Below are positions 1 through 12,562 of a DNA stretch of 64,000 nt, piece by piece. A program made the position numbers and the translations under genes. The notes beneath the pieces are model-generated. The model did no database searches, was not told the DNA's origin, and was given only the letters and a program-made list of their open reading frames with translations. Source of the DNA: Botryllus schlosseri (Eukaryota); contig CM119371.1 in assembly GCA_051294905.1 (NCBI GenBank), positions 30,940,001-31,004,000 of the forward strand, read 5' to 3'. Position 1 is the first letter of the stretch. Every line of letters starts with the position of its first letter.

Positions 1-4
1 TTAC

Positions 5-2668
5 CCCGACAAACAAATCAGAAATAGCGAGATTCAATACCATTCGATTCATTAGCTTGTTATGTTCGGAACTGCTGGTGGCGACACCTCGGGTGATTAG
101 AGCAGGGTTGTAATGACTCGAGTCATGACTCGACTCGAGTCAGACTCGAGTCACGATTTTTTTATGACTCGACTTGACTCGAGTCATTTTCTTGAAATGG
201 GAAAATGACTCGACTCGACTCGAGTCAATATTTGGATTGACTCGACTTGTACTCGAGTCATTACGCATGACTCGCCCCAAGTCATTGACTCGGCTTATTT
301 TATATGACTTGAAGATGAAGAAATTTGCGAATCAAAATGGCTAGATCAACGCATCCGACGAATTCTGCCGATATCGCTATTTGTCACCACTGCTTTCGTT
401 GCACTTGTCTGATATCAGATATGCCGCCGTAAAAACAACAGAAAATGATACATAGTAGCAATGCGTTGTACAAAATCGTCCAGTGATGAAGAGGTAATGG
501 ATCCTCCGCAATTCAAGTACTCAAGACTTTTCAATTATGCAAGCAAACAATTGAATAAAAGTTCAATTAGAGCCAATGAAACGACTCAGATGGTGAAGAG
601 ACTGATAAGCTCATGTGTAGATTTGAAGGCTATGATTCTTTGCATTTTTGGGCGACTAGAAAGAATGAGTATTCAATGCTCTTCAGTGTGGTTCAAAAAT
701 GCTTGTCAATTCCTGCATCTAGTGCACTAGTGGAACGTGTATTCAGTAGATGTGGATTAATTCTGCGGCCATGCCGCTTTAACATATTTGAGGATCTCCT
801 TTCCACATTAGTATTTTTGAGGTGTAACTCATTTATTTGACCTGCTGTCTGTGAAAACACACAATGCCCCTCGTTCTTCTGATGTTTTGTTAGGTATGTG
901 CATTGTGCACGTGAGTAATAATGAATGGCTAATGTTGTGTGATGTTTGTACAATATGGCTGTTCTAAAATAACTTCTTTGTTATTTTGCTGGGTGGTTAC
1001 ATGATAAAATTGTTATGTTGCATAAAAGGAACACTGAATCTGGCTTAATTTGAAAAAAAGTGGAATCAATGATGTGAGAGGAGAATATTTTGGATTTGAA
1101 AATAAATGGAGTCTTTTAGTGAGAAATTCTTTCATATAATATAATTACATAGTAGTAAGCCGACTATTTTTTCATATCCTAAACATTCTACTCTAATAAC
1201 TTCACTTTTTCTAGTTGGAATTGAGTCAAATTTGCTATGAATCATATTTTTACACAATGTAACAATATCATGAGATAGCCGGTAAAATTCGAAAATCTCT
1301 ATTTGTAAATATAGTCCAAAATTTTCTTTCATAGCATTGCCTTCTACTGGTTGGAATTGAGCCAAATTTGATTTTTAGGCAATCTAGCAATTTTAAGAAG
1401 TAGCCAGAAAATTTGAAAAAATGTTTTTGAACAGCCCCATTGTACAATTATTTCTCCAATGCTGTAACTGCGATGTAGTCTGTAATGCAATTGAGAAAAC
1501 CTTTAGTATAATCAAAAGGTATCTGTTCTTTTGTCACTGCACAATGCACGTAGTTGCATGCACGCTTTTACAGCATGCTGACCTGTTGTAAATACCTCTA
1601 CATAAACATGCATCTATTGATTCTCTATCAACTAGTATCTTGACGTGAATTTGTTGGTTCTCTATCAGATAGTATGTAGACGTGAATTCGTTGGTTCTCT
1701 ATCAGCTATTCGTGAGCTATCGTTGATGTGTTCATAATAAAAACTGAATGCTTGTATTGGTGATGTATCAGACTGACAAGAGAGATATTTGATTTTAAGT
1801 TCTAAGATTAGTAAAGTTATCTTTAGCATCGGTAAATGAGGCCAGGACCTGTCCGTTATCTGCCTAAATAAACACGTGCCAAGACTCTGATAGGGACAAA
1901 ATGAGCATGTTTTGCAAACAGGGAATTCGATATCACCCAGGCAGGATTGAAAACATGAGTTGAACATGACTTCAATACTGTGACTTGGACTCGACTCGAG
2001 TCATAACACCATGACTCGGACTTGACCCATTAAACGGTGACTTGGACTCGGACTCGAGTCTGTGATGAATTGAAAATGACTCGACTCGACTCGAGTCAAA
2101 ACCACAAAAGTATGATTGACTCGTGACTCGGAACCATGTGATTTGGTTACAACCCTGGATTAGAGGCTTGATCACATGCCATAGGGACATCACAATTACT
2201 GCTGAGCATCCGACCAATGCCGCCAAGCCTGCAACAGATTTCGAAATATGGAAATTAAACTTTATTACTAGAGTTTGTAATGTCGATGTACATCTTCATG
2301 CCGATTTAAATATGCCAGCGTTTTGGCAAACTTCAGATTATGATATAGCCTACTATTCCGAAGTCACTGGAAGCAAACTAGTTTAACACTTTGCAATATG
2401 TATAATGCTAGGGACGTCGGCTCTACCTCATGCAAGAAAACCAGCATGGATGACTTTCATTAAATATCTCTTCAAATACACGCAAATAAAATTAACGTAT
2501 GACTTCACATAAATAACCTGATATTCAAATATATCTACTTATTATCCAGCAAATCGCAAGAATTGATTTGTTGGTGATCATTGACTCTTCATCCGAAAAG
2601 GCGCTCTTAATACACCCGGGTTGACATTCGTCGGATGCCGACTGACAATCCTTCACGCCGTCACATAC
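5..2668 (-). pseudogene. Paralogous LDLa-GPCR exons (last LDLa/TM1 and TM1-TM2), second exon disrupted by a hAT insertion; continues off the window start
   Basis: Exon 2668-2539 (130 nt, VCDGVKDCQSASDECQPGCIKSAFSDEESMITNKSILAICWII) matches 19872-19743. Exon 2228-2166 joined to 102-5 (161 nt, LAALVGCSAVIVMSLWHVIKPLI/TRGVATSSSEHNKLMNRMVLNLAISDLFVG) matches 18882-18722 in length and phase. Confidence 0.88.
103..2157 (+). mobile_element. Non-autonomous hAT DNA transposon with transposase remnant
   Basis: TIR CAGGGTTGTAA...TTACAACCCTG; perfect 8-bp TSD GATTAGAG (95-102, 2158-2165); subterminal GACTCGAGTC arrays. 613-840 encodes a hAT C-terminal dimerisation-like segment (FW...LSIPASSALVERVFSRCG...LVFLRCN). 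Confidence 0.93.
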
Positions 2669-2754
2669 CTGCAATAATAAATGAATGGTTCAGACGGATC
2701 ACTGGTGTCGATAATGCTCTACCCCATGTATCTTAGTAGAAATACAGTGTACAG

Positions 2755-4251
2755 CAGGGGTGTCAAACTCAAATTGCGTCGCGGGCCGGATTCAAACCAT
2801 AAAATGACTCGCGGGCCGAACCACTCAACTGATTCCAAAATGTTACTTCAGGTCCTTGCCCTTCGCTTGACTTCTTTGTTATCGAGCATATATTTATATA
2901 GATAAAAATGTCGATCACAGATCGCAGTGGTACTATTCTTCTTGGTAGCGATACCTTTATTCGCGAACAATTGAACTCGCGCAAATACGGGGATTGACCG
3001 GTTGAATATAGTTATGAACAGCTAAAACGTCGCTGCTAACGACGATATAAGTTGGCATATTTCTATGCTCCCCTTGCTTCATTCGTAATGTGGCCTCATC
3101 CCTGCGTCTGCATTGTGAGGGATACACGAGATTCAACTGGAAACGCGGACATTTGAAATTTGCGGGGCAGTGACCATAATGGAATTGATACATAAACTTG
3201 GCAATTTGTAGTCTCTGCATATCTTTTATGTTTGGGACACCGAATCTTCGAGTAGTGATTTATTCGGCGCTCAACCTGGCCCCATTGAGGCCCTGGCTAT
3301 AATGCATTCTGAAGTCACCAACTTAGTCATCTATACCAGTAAATGTTATGAAGTGAACTGAAGGAGGATGAAAAAATTAATAGCATTTTATACAATTACC
3401 AATGTCATAGACCAGTGGTTCCCAACGTGGACGATATGCCCCCCCCCACGGGGAGATTTGGCGGTCTAGGGGGCGAAAATAACGAAGGGTGGAATAGGAT
3501 CGCAATGTCGCGTTAAAACGGCTATATTGGAGTCAAGTCGGAGAAATTACCATTTTTTAGTCACGAAAATTTAGCTGTAGTGTAAATTTAGCTGTAAAAT
3601 TGTAATTTCGAGGTCGAGCCGAAAAGTTGACCTTTTTTAGTCAACTCGTCGGTGATTACAGTTTGTATGCTCATTTTTCGGTTCCCAATATTTGGGGGGC
3701 GATGATCGGTGTGAAGCTTGAAAAAGGGGGGCGATGAGTCGAAAAAGGTTAGGAACCACCGTTATAGATAATATTCCATCCTGAATATTCATTTTTTTGC
3801 AGCAAGCGAGGCAAATTTAAACACGGAGCCCCTATAACAGTAAAACGTGCCGTACTGGCCACGGTAAGAAGGCACGCCGCGAATGCGGGTTATGAGAGGC
3901 GATGCCCCCAGAAGTTTGGTTTATGATCCTATGGAGGGGTAAAGCGGGCGTTTGGGGGAGGCTTACGAAGATATGTTTCGGCCCTGAACTAGAGTGCAAC
4001 CACAACACCGCAGCCGGCTGCTAATCGTGTGACCTATGAATATGCTCGATATAGTCTCTGTCTTGGTGGGTGTTTAATGAAGGTTAATCTCAACATTTGT
4101 TATAACAAGTGCGCTCGATAAAATAAGCATTTTTGATCTACTCACCTGTGACAACCCTGTTGATAGATAATACAATAATTTTTCGATTTACTCAGAATGG
4201 CCCCGCGGACCGGATGAAATGGCCTGGAGGACCGGATGTTTGACACCACTG
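2755..4251. mobile_element. hAT (Buster/Charlie-like) MITE
   Basis: CAGGGGTGTCAAAC...GTTTGACACCACTG; TSD GTGTACAG at 2747-2754 and 4252-4259. Confidence 0.88.
3413..3761. mobile_element. GGGGGCGA-rich hAT MITE nested in 2755-4251
   Basis: CAGTGGTTCCCAAC...GTTAGGAACCACCG; degenerate TSD TCATAGAC/TTATAGAT; same family as 5768-6166. Confidence 0.8.
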
Positions 4252-4525
4252 GTGTACAGGATTGCAGCTATTAGGGTGTGCAATATAGAATAATACATAA
4301 CTACAGTGTAGTTATAATGGAACAGGGGTCGGCACTCGTCGTCGTACCACATGTCAAATCATCAACATGTCTAATGAAAACATTCGTATTTGTTTGGTTT
4401 TGCTCAGGTAGTTATATTTTGAGATTTCAACTAAACTACGTGCTTAGGTTACGGGTATGTTTCACGTGCCATGTGGACTGAGATATGTTGTGGTTTGACG
4501 CGGTGTACGTCATGTTCGTTTAAAG

Positions 4526-5262
4526 CAGTGGTTTCCAACCTTTTTTCTTCGTTCCCCACTTCTGATGTTGTATTAGTCTTCATTAACCACAACCCAAAAT
4601 TCCCCGGACTTATGCTTTCGACCCGTGTAAAGAAAACCAATTATTGTGGTAGTTACTCACTATTTTATGAAGAAACGTGAGTATCCGAGGTCGAGTTAAC
4701 CACATTGCTTTTCTTTTAACTTTATTCGTTACGTTGTATCAAACCTTGAGTTCACCAGATTGATATATCGGATGCCACGAACAAGCTATTCGCTTAATTG
4801 AGTGCACCCAATATTCCTGGAACGTTTGATAGTAGACATAAACAATCGTCTTTTACTGCTCGTACTAACTGTGTGATCCCAATATTAGTTATCTAGAATT
4901 CAAAATGAGTTTTTGTAAACAACACGCCATAAAATTGGCGACACATACAATTAGGGTGGTATTTAAAATAATTGGTTGTTTAAAACACTTTGTTTGAATA
5001 TGTTTTAAACAGTGTTTTGAACGAAGGCCTTTACAAAATGTGCCTATGCCATAATTGTGTAAATACTTTCCAAAAACATGTTGGATAAGCCTACGGACGA
5101 CGATTACGACGCGGTATCGCCGACATATGCGATATGGGATGGTTGGAAACCTCGAAGTAGTTGGTTCAACAGCTATAGTACGTATAGGATGTAGAATCGA
5201 GTGCCGCGATCGTATTATGATTTCTCTAGTGAGCCACGGGCCAAAAAAGTTTGGAAACCACT
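4526..5262. mobile_element. hAT-like MITE
   Basis: CAGTGGTTTCCAA...TTGGAAACCACT inverted termini; no clean TSD. Confidence 0.6.
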
Positions 5263-5767
5263 TAAGCACCAACAACCAGCTGAGAAGCGGTTGTTTCCAT
5301 TATAAATAAGTGTTTTCGACAGTGGCGGCTCGTCCTATAAGGCAACTGGGGCATTGCCCCACCTATCATTCTTTTCAATAACAATTATTTACGATTTATA
5401 CACGCACAGCAATCAATATATACCGAAATCTCAGTGAAAATCGCATTTTTCTTGTGCTTTCGCTTGTAAATTCCCATATATACCGAAGTCTCTGCTAAAA
5501 TCGAATTCTATATTCTGTGTTTTCGCTTTGTGAATGCCTAGCCGCGGCATGCCCGGTAGCGCTCATAACAAGATTTCACTATCTATTCTCTCAAAGACGC
5601 GCACAATAAAGAAACGGTGATTTACTCTCTCCTATTCATAAAATGACCGAACAAGTGGGCAACATAGCCTCGTTGCCCTAAGGTGTGATATAACAATCGT
5701 ATCTATATCTGAACTCGGTTACCGTCGTATGCGTTGATGGTATAGGTATAAACTTGATGGTATAGGT

Positions 5768-6166
5768 CAGTGGTTCCCAACGTGGGCGATATCGCCCCCC
5801 AGGGGGCGATTTGGCGATCTAGGGGGGCGAAAATGACGAAGGGGGCGACAGGGGGGCGAAAATGGACAAAGGGGGCGACGGGGGGCGAAAATAGCGAAGG
5901 GGGCGATAGGGGGGCGATGACGCGAAAAAACGGCTGACCTTTTTTTTTTTTTTAGTCATCCACCTAGCAATGCGGAGCGAAAAAACGTTATTTTCAGCTC
6001 TGAGCGGTGAAAGATGACCTTTTTTTTTTTTTTTTTTTTTTTTTTTAGTCAACCCGCCGGTGATTACAGTCTGTATGACCAATTATCGGTGCACAAAATT
6101 TGGGGGCGATGATCGGTGTTGACCTTGAAAAGGGGGCGATGGGTCGAAAAAGGTTGGGAACCACTG
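5768..6166. mobile_element. GGGGGCGA-rich hAT MITE (young copy)
   Basis: CAGTGGTTCCCAAC...GTTGGGAACCACTG; perfect TSD GTATAGGT (5760-5767, 6167-6174). Confidence 0.92.
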
Positions 6167-6329
6167 GTATAGGTCGATTTTGACGGTGTTACATACTTGG
6201 TATGTTATGTTGTGATGGTGGTATTTAACACTTCCCCAAGTGTCAGGGTAGCTACTGAAAGATTAGGGTAGTAATTCCGTTTCCGAAGTTGAGTGTGTGC
6301 TGATCCGTCATGGATCGCAAACAGATTTC

Positions 6330-7100
6330 ACTCGTATTGGGGTCCATTGATTTTGACGATGTTCCATACCGAGATCGGTCATGACATTTGGCACGGTAAG
6401 TCGTAATGTTAGTATCGAACGCTGTACCAAGTTTTAAGTTTGTCATTGAACTATGTTAGCATGTTACTAATAATTTTGTATCCTAAGTCGAGTGAGAGCT
6501 GACTCGTCATTTATCACTAACATTTTTTACGCAAAGCCGTTATTGGACTCAATTGATTTTAACGCTGCTCCCTACCTAGATCCATCATGAGCTTTTGCAC
6601 GGTATGTCTTGATTATAGTATCGAACGATGTGCCAAGTCTCAAAGTTGACACTCAATGATTAGGCAGTAATTCCGTTATCGAGGTCTAGTATGGCAGAGA
6701 TGTGCGCTGATCTTAGCTGATACTTAGCCCACCTAACGCATTGCGGATTTTACGTAAAAGCCGGCGTGTCTGTGCTAACGTTAACTGTGTTCCATACTGA
6801 GATAGGTGATGAGATGGTGATATCATGAAACAGTTTACTAACATTCTCGGTTTGCATTCAAATATTTACTTTTATTTTATATTCTCCAATGTCAATTTCA
6901 CCGTGAAATTGTGGCCTTCGAGCCATTTGCTTACAACCCCCTGTCAAGCGCGATAGCTATTTCGTTTTCGATAACGGCTAACAGCTGATCACTTGATCAG
7001 CCTATTACTCAGTAAATTTTACGCAAAATTCGGTGTTGGTCTGTTCGTATTAATTTTGACAGTGTACCATACCGAAAAGGGTCATGAAGCTACTTCTCGA
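6330..7100. repeat. Degenerate tandem repeat, unit about 200-280 bp
   Basis: Motif like GTTCCATACCGAGATCGGTCATGA recurs near 6361, 6568, 6790 and 7064; AGTATCGAACG.TGT.CCAAGT occurs at 6411 and 6617. Confidence 0.55.
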
Positions 7101-7219
7101 TGATGTCATGTAACAGTGTACTAAGTTTACGGCATTAATTCACGTATTTATTCTGTAATATAATTTCTAATGTCAATTTAGCAGAAGACTACTAGACAGT
7201 AAGCCATTCCAGTTATGTC

Positions 7220-9208
7220 CAGGGCTTTGGAGCCGGAGCTTGGAGCCGGAGCCCCGGAGCCGTGCAGTTATACATACCTGCAATCTCATCATCAACACAA
7301 CCTTGTTGGCCAATTGCGCGGTTCGAAAATAATGATCACTATGTATGCGAAATGGGAGAGAGGATAAAAACTTGATTTCGTGGCACATGTCGATGTGACG
7401 AGCACGAGCCGGGAAATTCCATCTCATCGTTGCTATGAATCAATTAAGCAAATGCTCGTTCTTTCGTGATAGTTCTTTAATCGGGCCGCGAAATTAGACA
7501 GTGTTATTAACTATGCAATTATGCATGCGAATTGGAATTCATTACTGCGCATGATCGTCAATCACTCCAGTAAACATTTTCGAGCGTGAATAGGGGATGG
7601 CAGAAGAGTAGCCCAAAACGCCGTTACACTCAGCGAACAATTGTCGCGGTGCGAGCTACTAAATGCGATGTCAGGACCCCATGGTATTTTATGTTGGAGG
7701 CAAGCTACTGATTTGATACGCGATTTCCAATTTGTAATCATCTGTTTCATAAATTCATTCTTGATGTCTGCGTGATACTGTACTATTTCCGGATAAACGC
7801 GCACTGTGACTTGTGAATGTGCATTGTTTAATTCGTTACGGGCACGGCGCAATGTGCATGGCACGATGGTTAATTAAGTTGCAATAATAATGAAACATCA
7901 TATTCTCCGTGCAATTGGTTATAGGCATGGCGCAATGTTTAATTCGATCCGTTTCAACGGGAAAATATTATATTCCGATAAACTTAATCGACACCGGATG
8001 GACTGGTAACGAGTGCTCCAATATCGAACTTCAAACCATTGGCCATTTGGTACAAATCGAATTTCTATTGATCATGTCGTGATGTCCCCCCATATTGCTC
8101 TTACTACAGTTACAGTTGAATAATCGCTTATTTAAAGAATGAATTGAGCTGTATGGCTTAATATTAACGAGTACAGTGCCTGTGTTAAAATTCCGCATCA
8201 GAATTTTCAACCTGTGCACAGCAATGACATGGAGTAAAGTGCGTTCTAGTGCAACTGTGATGTTATCGACAACTGACCAGTATTCATTAGCCGACACGGC
8301 GACACCTATGTCTTCGTTGCTACATCCGATGTTATTGACGGCTGACAGACTCTAGATTAGCCTACTATAGATAACTAACCTACGGGTAAATTAGTAATCT
8401 ATATAGACCAGGGGTGGCCAACCTTTTCGGCTAAAGGGCCACATGGAATTGACGAACGAGTGCGTTGCCCACTAGCCGCGTCAGGCGCGTAAAATTTTAA
8501 AAGGTAATATTAATATTACTTGGATATATTGCGGGTCGACTGTATACCGCCCGCTGAGCTCAGTTTGCAAGGACAGGATTATTCGGCATCTGGACATATC
8601 GATATCGAGGATTTCCGCTAATATACGACAATCATTTTGTGCCTACATTTCATCGTCGACAATCTTTTTGCGAGCGCAAACGCGAAAAGACTTTCTCTCG
8701 TAATTGCGAATATAGTTAGACTCAATCGGCTAAATCAGGCGTTTTTTTCATTTTCAGGAGGGGAAGGCTACAAATCAAGAAACCGTGTGACAATTAAACA
8801 CGCGAAGCGTGAAGAAAAAATTTACTACTCTTTTAGTTTATTGTAATGTACGACGATTTACTAAAATTGTGACTAGACCCTGGATCAGCCAATGCGTCGG
8901 AACTGATATTTTAGTCATCAACATCCCAAGTGTCGAGGCCAGACGAATCATAATCTTGGTTGGCCTTGCAAGTTCACAATCTGAGCAATTCAATTTCATA
9001 ATATAATAGGAAATTAGCTCTAGGGTTACTCAAAACCTTCTCGCGGGCCACATATGGCCCGCAGACCGCGAGTCGCCCACCCCTGATATAGACAGACACC
9101 TTCGATAGTTTTCAGAGCAAGAGCGTGAGCTGGAGTCGCAGCTAGTGTATGATAGAAGAAAGCTCCGGAGCTGGAGCAGGGCCAATTTACGGCTGCTCCA
9201 AAGCCCTG
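7220..9208. mobile_element. hAT non-autonomous element with GGAGCC subterminal repeats
   Basis: CAGGGCTTTGGAGC...GCTCCAAAGCCCTG; perfect TSD GTTATGTC (7212-7219, 9209-9216). Confidence 0.9.
8409..9085. mobile_element. hAT MITE nested in 7220-9208
   Basis: CAGGGGTGG...CCACCCCTG; perfect TSD ATATAGAC (8401-8408, 9086-9093). Confidence 0.88.
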
Positions 9209-9943
9209 GTTATGTCACAGTCTCCAGTTTCAAGGCCAAAATCTCCTACGTTGTTCCGAGACCGAAATTCCGAGGCTGCCTTCGTCTTCGTCAAATTCTA
9301 AATGATGCGTTGGATTCAATATGACCGAAGAGCCATATTGACCCTATATTTCCATTCTAACTTCAAAAGAGCCATATAATCAATCAACCACTACGTCACA
9401 ATTGAAAATTCGTGACGTCATGGTAGCGCAAATCCGAAATCTCTACATGGGATTCGTCGTTTGCACCGTATTTTTTCTTTAAAATCTCGTACTAATCATA
9501 CTGGTTGCCTTATTTCAGTAATGAGTATGCGAAACTTCAGTTACACAGATCTTCTGGAAGTTTTGTATTTTTAATTGTATTGCACTGAGAGGCATATGAT
9601 ATTTTTCGAAGCTTGAGAAAATTAACATTTTGGTTTCCAAGAGACGTAGACAACAGTAAAAGTATGAATCTACTTGTTACACGCTTTTTACAGTTAATGC
9701 GTCTTTTGGTGTTGCTTGATATTCCTGATGGCTAGTCTGATTACGGTTAAGCTTCTTACAAAATTTGAGACTTCCGTCAGTTATACGAGATCGTAGGTTC
9801 GTCTTGATGCTATTTTTAAATGCGAGGACCCATGATGACTTACGTAGCTGGATCGAAACATGGTCACTATACATCGGTATACAAGCCCACTGTAATGTGG
9901 GGTGCGTCTGTGAGGTGGGGTCAGGGGACGCAAGTGAGGCAGT

Positions 9944-10952
9944 GCGAGCCATAGGTTTCCGACCACTGCTATACACAATATCTCGAGTTATAGTCTTATG
10001 CTGCAGATTGTTAGCCTGGTTAAGTGCGAGCATGAATCGTGTTGAATTTCTGCTCCGTACGCCGTTCATGCAGTTTCCTCAGGCAGTGCCTCACCTGTCT
10101 ACTAGATTTTGAACGTTTTTACTGCCAAAATCACGCTAATTTGCCTAGTTATTAAAGCATGAAATGAAAAGTAGGGCATAGGTGAGTCACGGCCGGGCAA
10201 TTCCTTACCCGTGACCGCGCAATTGATCGTAAAAAAATCGAATTTATAATAACTGATATCAATCGAATGTAATTGTGGCACTGATTCCGATCATACTTCT
10301 CAATTCCCAAGGTATTCGGTGGTAACAAAACGTTGCGCCGCACACCCACATTTTACCAGCGACTATACAAATCTACGTTATCATGCAAGAACGTGGATAG
10401 CTATGGCCTTGTTTGTAATTTCAATTTGTTATTGTGAATGTTACTTCCACGGCAGTTCATTCAGAAGATCAGGAAGACAATGTGTATTTGAAAATTGCAT
10501 TGTGATACAGGCGCCGCCATGTCTGCTATTCTGTTTGATCAATCGACGTATCTTGCAAGGCGCAACCCAATATTTCGTGGCGGGTATATTGAATTCGGAA
10601 GTGAAATTGGTCGCCAGAGCGACAGCAACAGGACTTTGAAAGGGGAGCTCGAGCCCCTAACCCTAAATACGCCACTGTATAAACCTCTCAAAGACACTTT
10701 ATACTGCCGCGAGGATAATTATTCTGGTTGTGCTGAAGATTTATTGACAATAGTTGCTTCAATATTGATAAATTGGGCACAATAATAAAAATTTCGCAAA
10801 GAGCCATATATGGCTCGCGAGCCATTGGTTTCCGACCACTGCTATACACAATTTCTCGAGTTATGATGAGGCTTATGCTGCAGATTGTTAGCCTGGTCAA
10901 GTGCGAACATGAATCGTGTTGAATTTCTGCTCCGTACGCCGTTTACGCAGTC
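9944..10952. repeat. Local direct duplication of about 130 bp (9944-10076 and 10817-10952)
   Basis: GCGAGCCAT.GGTTTCCGACCACTGCTATACACAAT...GAATTTCTGCTCCGTACGCCGTT is present twice. It includes a MITE terminus plus flank. Confidence 0.75.
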
Positions 10953-11849
10953 TCCTTTAGATTTTAGAGCAATGATTTGAAGGTAAAGAGTCTCGGTCCT
11001 TATCAGTCTAGAAATTGTCCATGTCCATGTCCAATTGTCCATACATCTAATCGCACGCGGGAGGAACGCGCATTCTTACCTTTTCCAAAACGTATTTCGA
11101 TAAAAGTGAATAACTGAGGTATAAGCGAGGATAAGGACGCCTTGGTATACACTTTTACACTGATGGTGCGATAGGTAGTTTCTCTAGTTGGAACAAAATT
11201 GGGTATCGTGATCTGAAGCATGTGGTCTCTACTGCAACCGGTGTCTTGATATTACCCGATGGTCGACATTACTCGGTTAGAGTTGACTGTCTTATATTCC
11301 GATAAATCTGTTCCGAAGTAGTAACCACTGGTGAACTTTCAAAATCCGTATAGTTGAAAATCGATTTCGATCAACTTTAGTGCAGTAATTAGCATTTCAA
11401 TATCACATTGACCAGTCCGATTTCATCCGCAATATCCAAACGCATCGAGACGTCTCTTAGAATCGCGATGTGTAAAGATATAGGCTCGATGAGTTAGTAG
11501 ATATGCTCAGGATTCTCAGCGCTGTCATTATGGGTATTCCAGATTTCAATGAACTCGTCATTGAACATTTTGCAACTAAGAAGTCACGTGGCGCGCAATA
11601 CGCCTACTGATACAAACGTTAAAATATGCAGGTATGAACTACTGTACTTCATATTTTCTCCCGAGTAATTTGAAGAGTGTCAGGTCGAAAAGCTTCGGGT
11701 TTTAATATATTTCTGCCATGAAAATATTATCAAAATTTGAAATGTTTAAGCCTAGTTAACCATGCCTAATGTCTATATACCATACAAACTGCGTGTGACC
11801 ACCACGAAGTCCCATTTTCAAGTCGGAATACACTATTGTAGTTCTATAC

Positions 11850-12300
11850 CAATACCGAGAAAACCATTACTGAAAATGGACATTACCGAGAATGCCATTA
11901 CCGAGAATGGACATTACCGATAATGGACATTACCGAGAATGGTCATTACCGAGAATGGACACCACCGAGAATGGACATTACCGAGAATGGCCAATGTCAA
12001 GAATATAGCTTACTGGGACTGACGTTGTCGAGAAATTTATACCTGAGCATCGATACCGAATGTGGCAACGCCGTGATGTACTCACACGACCTGTGCATAT
12101 TCGTAACATGCCTGCATTGCATATATTGCATTCTCGGTAATGTCCATTCTCGGTGGTGTCCATTCTCGGCAATGTCCATTCTCTGAGGTGTCCATTCTCG
12201 GTAATGTCCATTCTCGGTAATGTCCATTCTCGGTAATGTCCATTCTCGGTGGTGTCCATTCTCGGTAATGGAATTCTCGGTAATGGTTTTCTCGGTATTG
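11850..12300. mobile_element. Foldback-like MITE: inverted arms made of 16-bp GAGAATGGACATTACC tandem units
   Basis: Left arm about 11850-11995 and reverse-complement right arm about 12128-12300 flank a unique spacer. This explains the MDITENGHYREWT ORFs on both strands. Confidence 0.8.
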
Positions 12301-12562
12301 ACCGGACACCCACTATTGTGACGTCATCTAGATTATTAAAATGGCGTGGACCTCTTGGCCCACCACCCGATATTGTCACGAGCCGCCACTGGTTTTCGAT
12401 TCAGAAATTTGACGAACACATTCAGCAATATGAGTATTTTATTTCTGGTCCGATTTGACTTTCATTCTATGATATTCTCATTTCGAATGATTACAATCAT
12501 ATTATGAAACGACCACACACAAATTGTATGATTGTAGCCGGCTCGTTGCGGAATACATCCGC

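Noticed and set aside
5819..6082. Poly-Lys/Pro ORF
   Set aside because: Artifact of poly-T and G-runs inside a MITE.
9677..11221. Overlapping 100-130 aa ORFs as a separate gene
   Set aside because: No recognisable motifs; they overlap a local duplication and MITE ends.
11866..12300. Regular short repeats resembling a CRISPR array or repeat protein (MDITENGHYREWT ORFs)
   Set aside because: The units are contiguous with no unique spacers, are arranged as inverted arms, lack cas genes and sit in a eukaryotic context.
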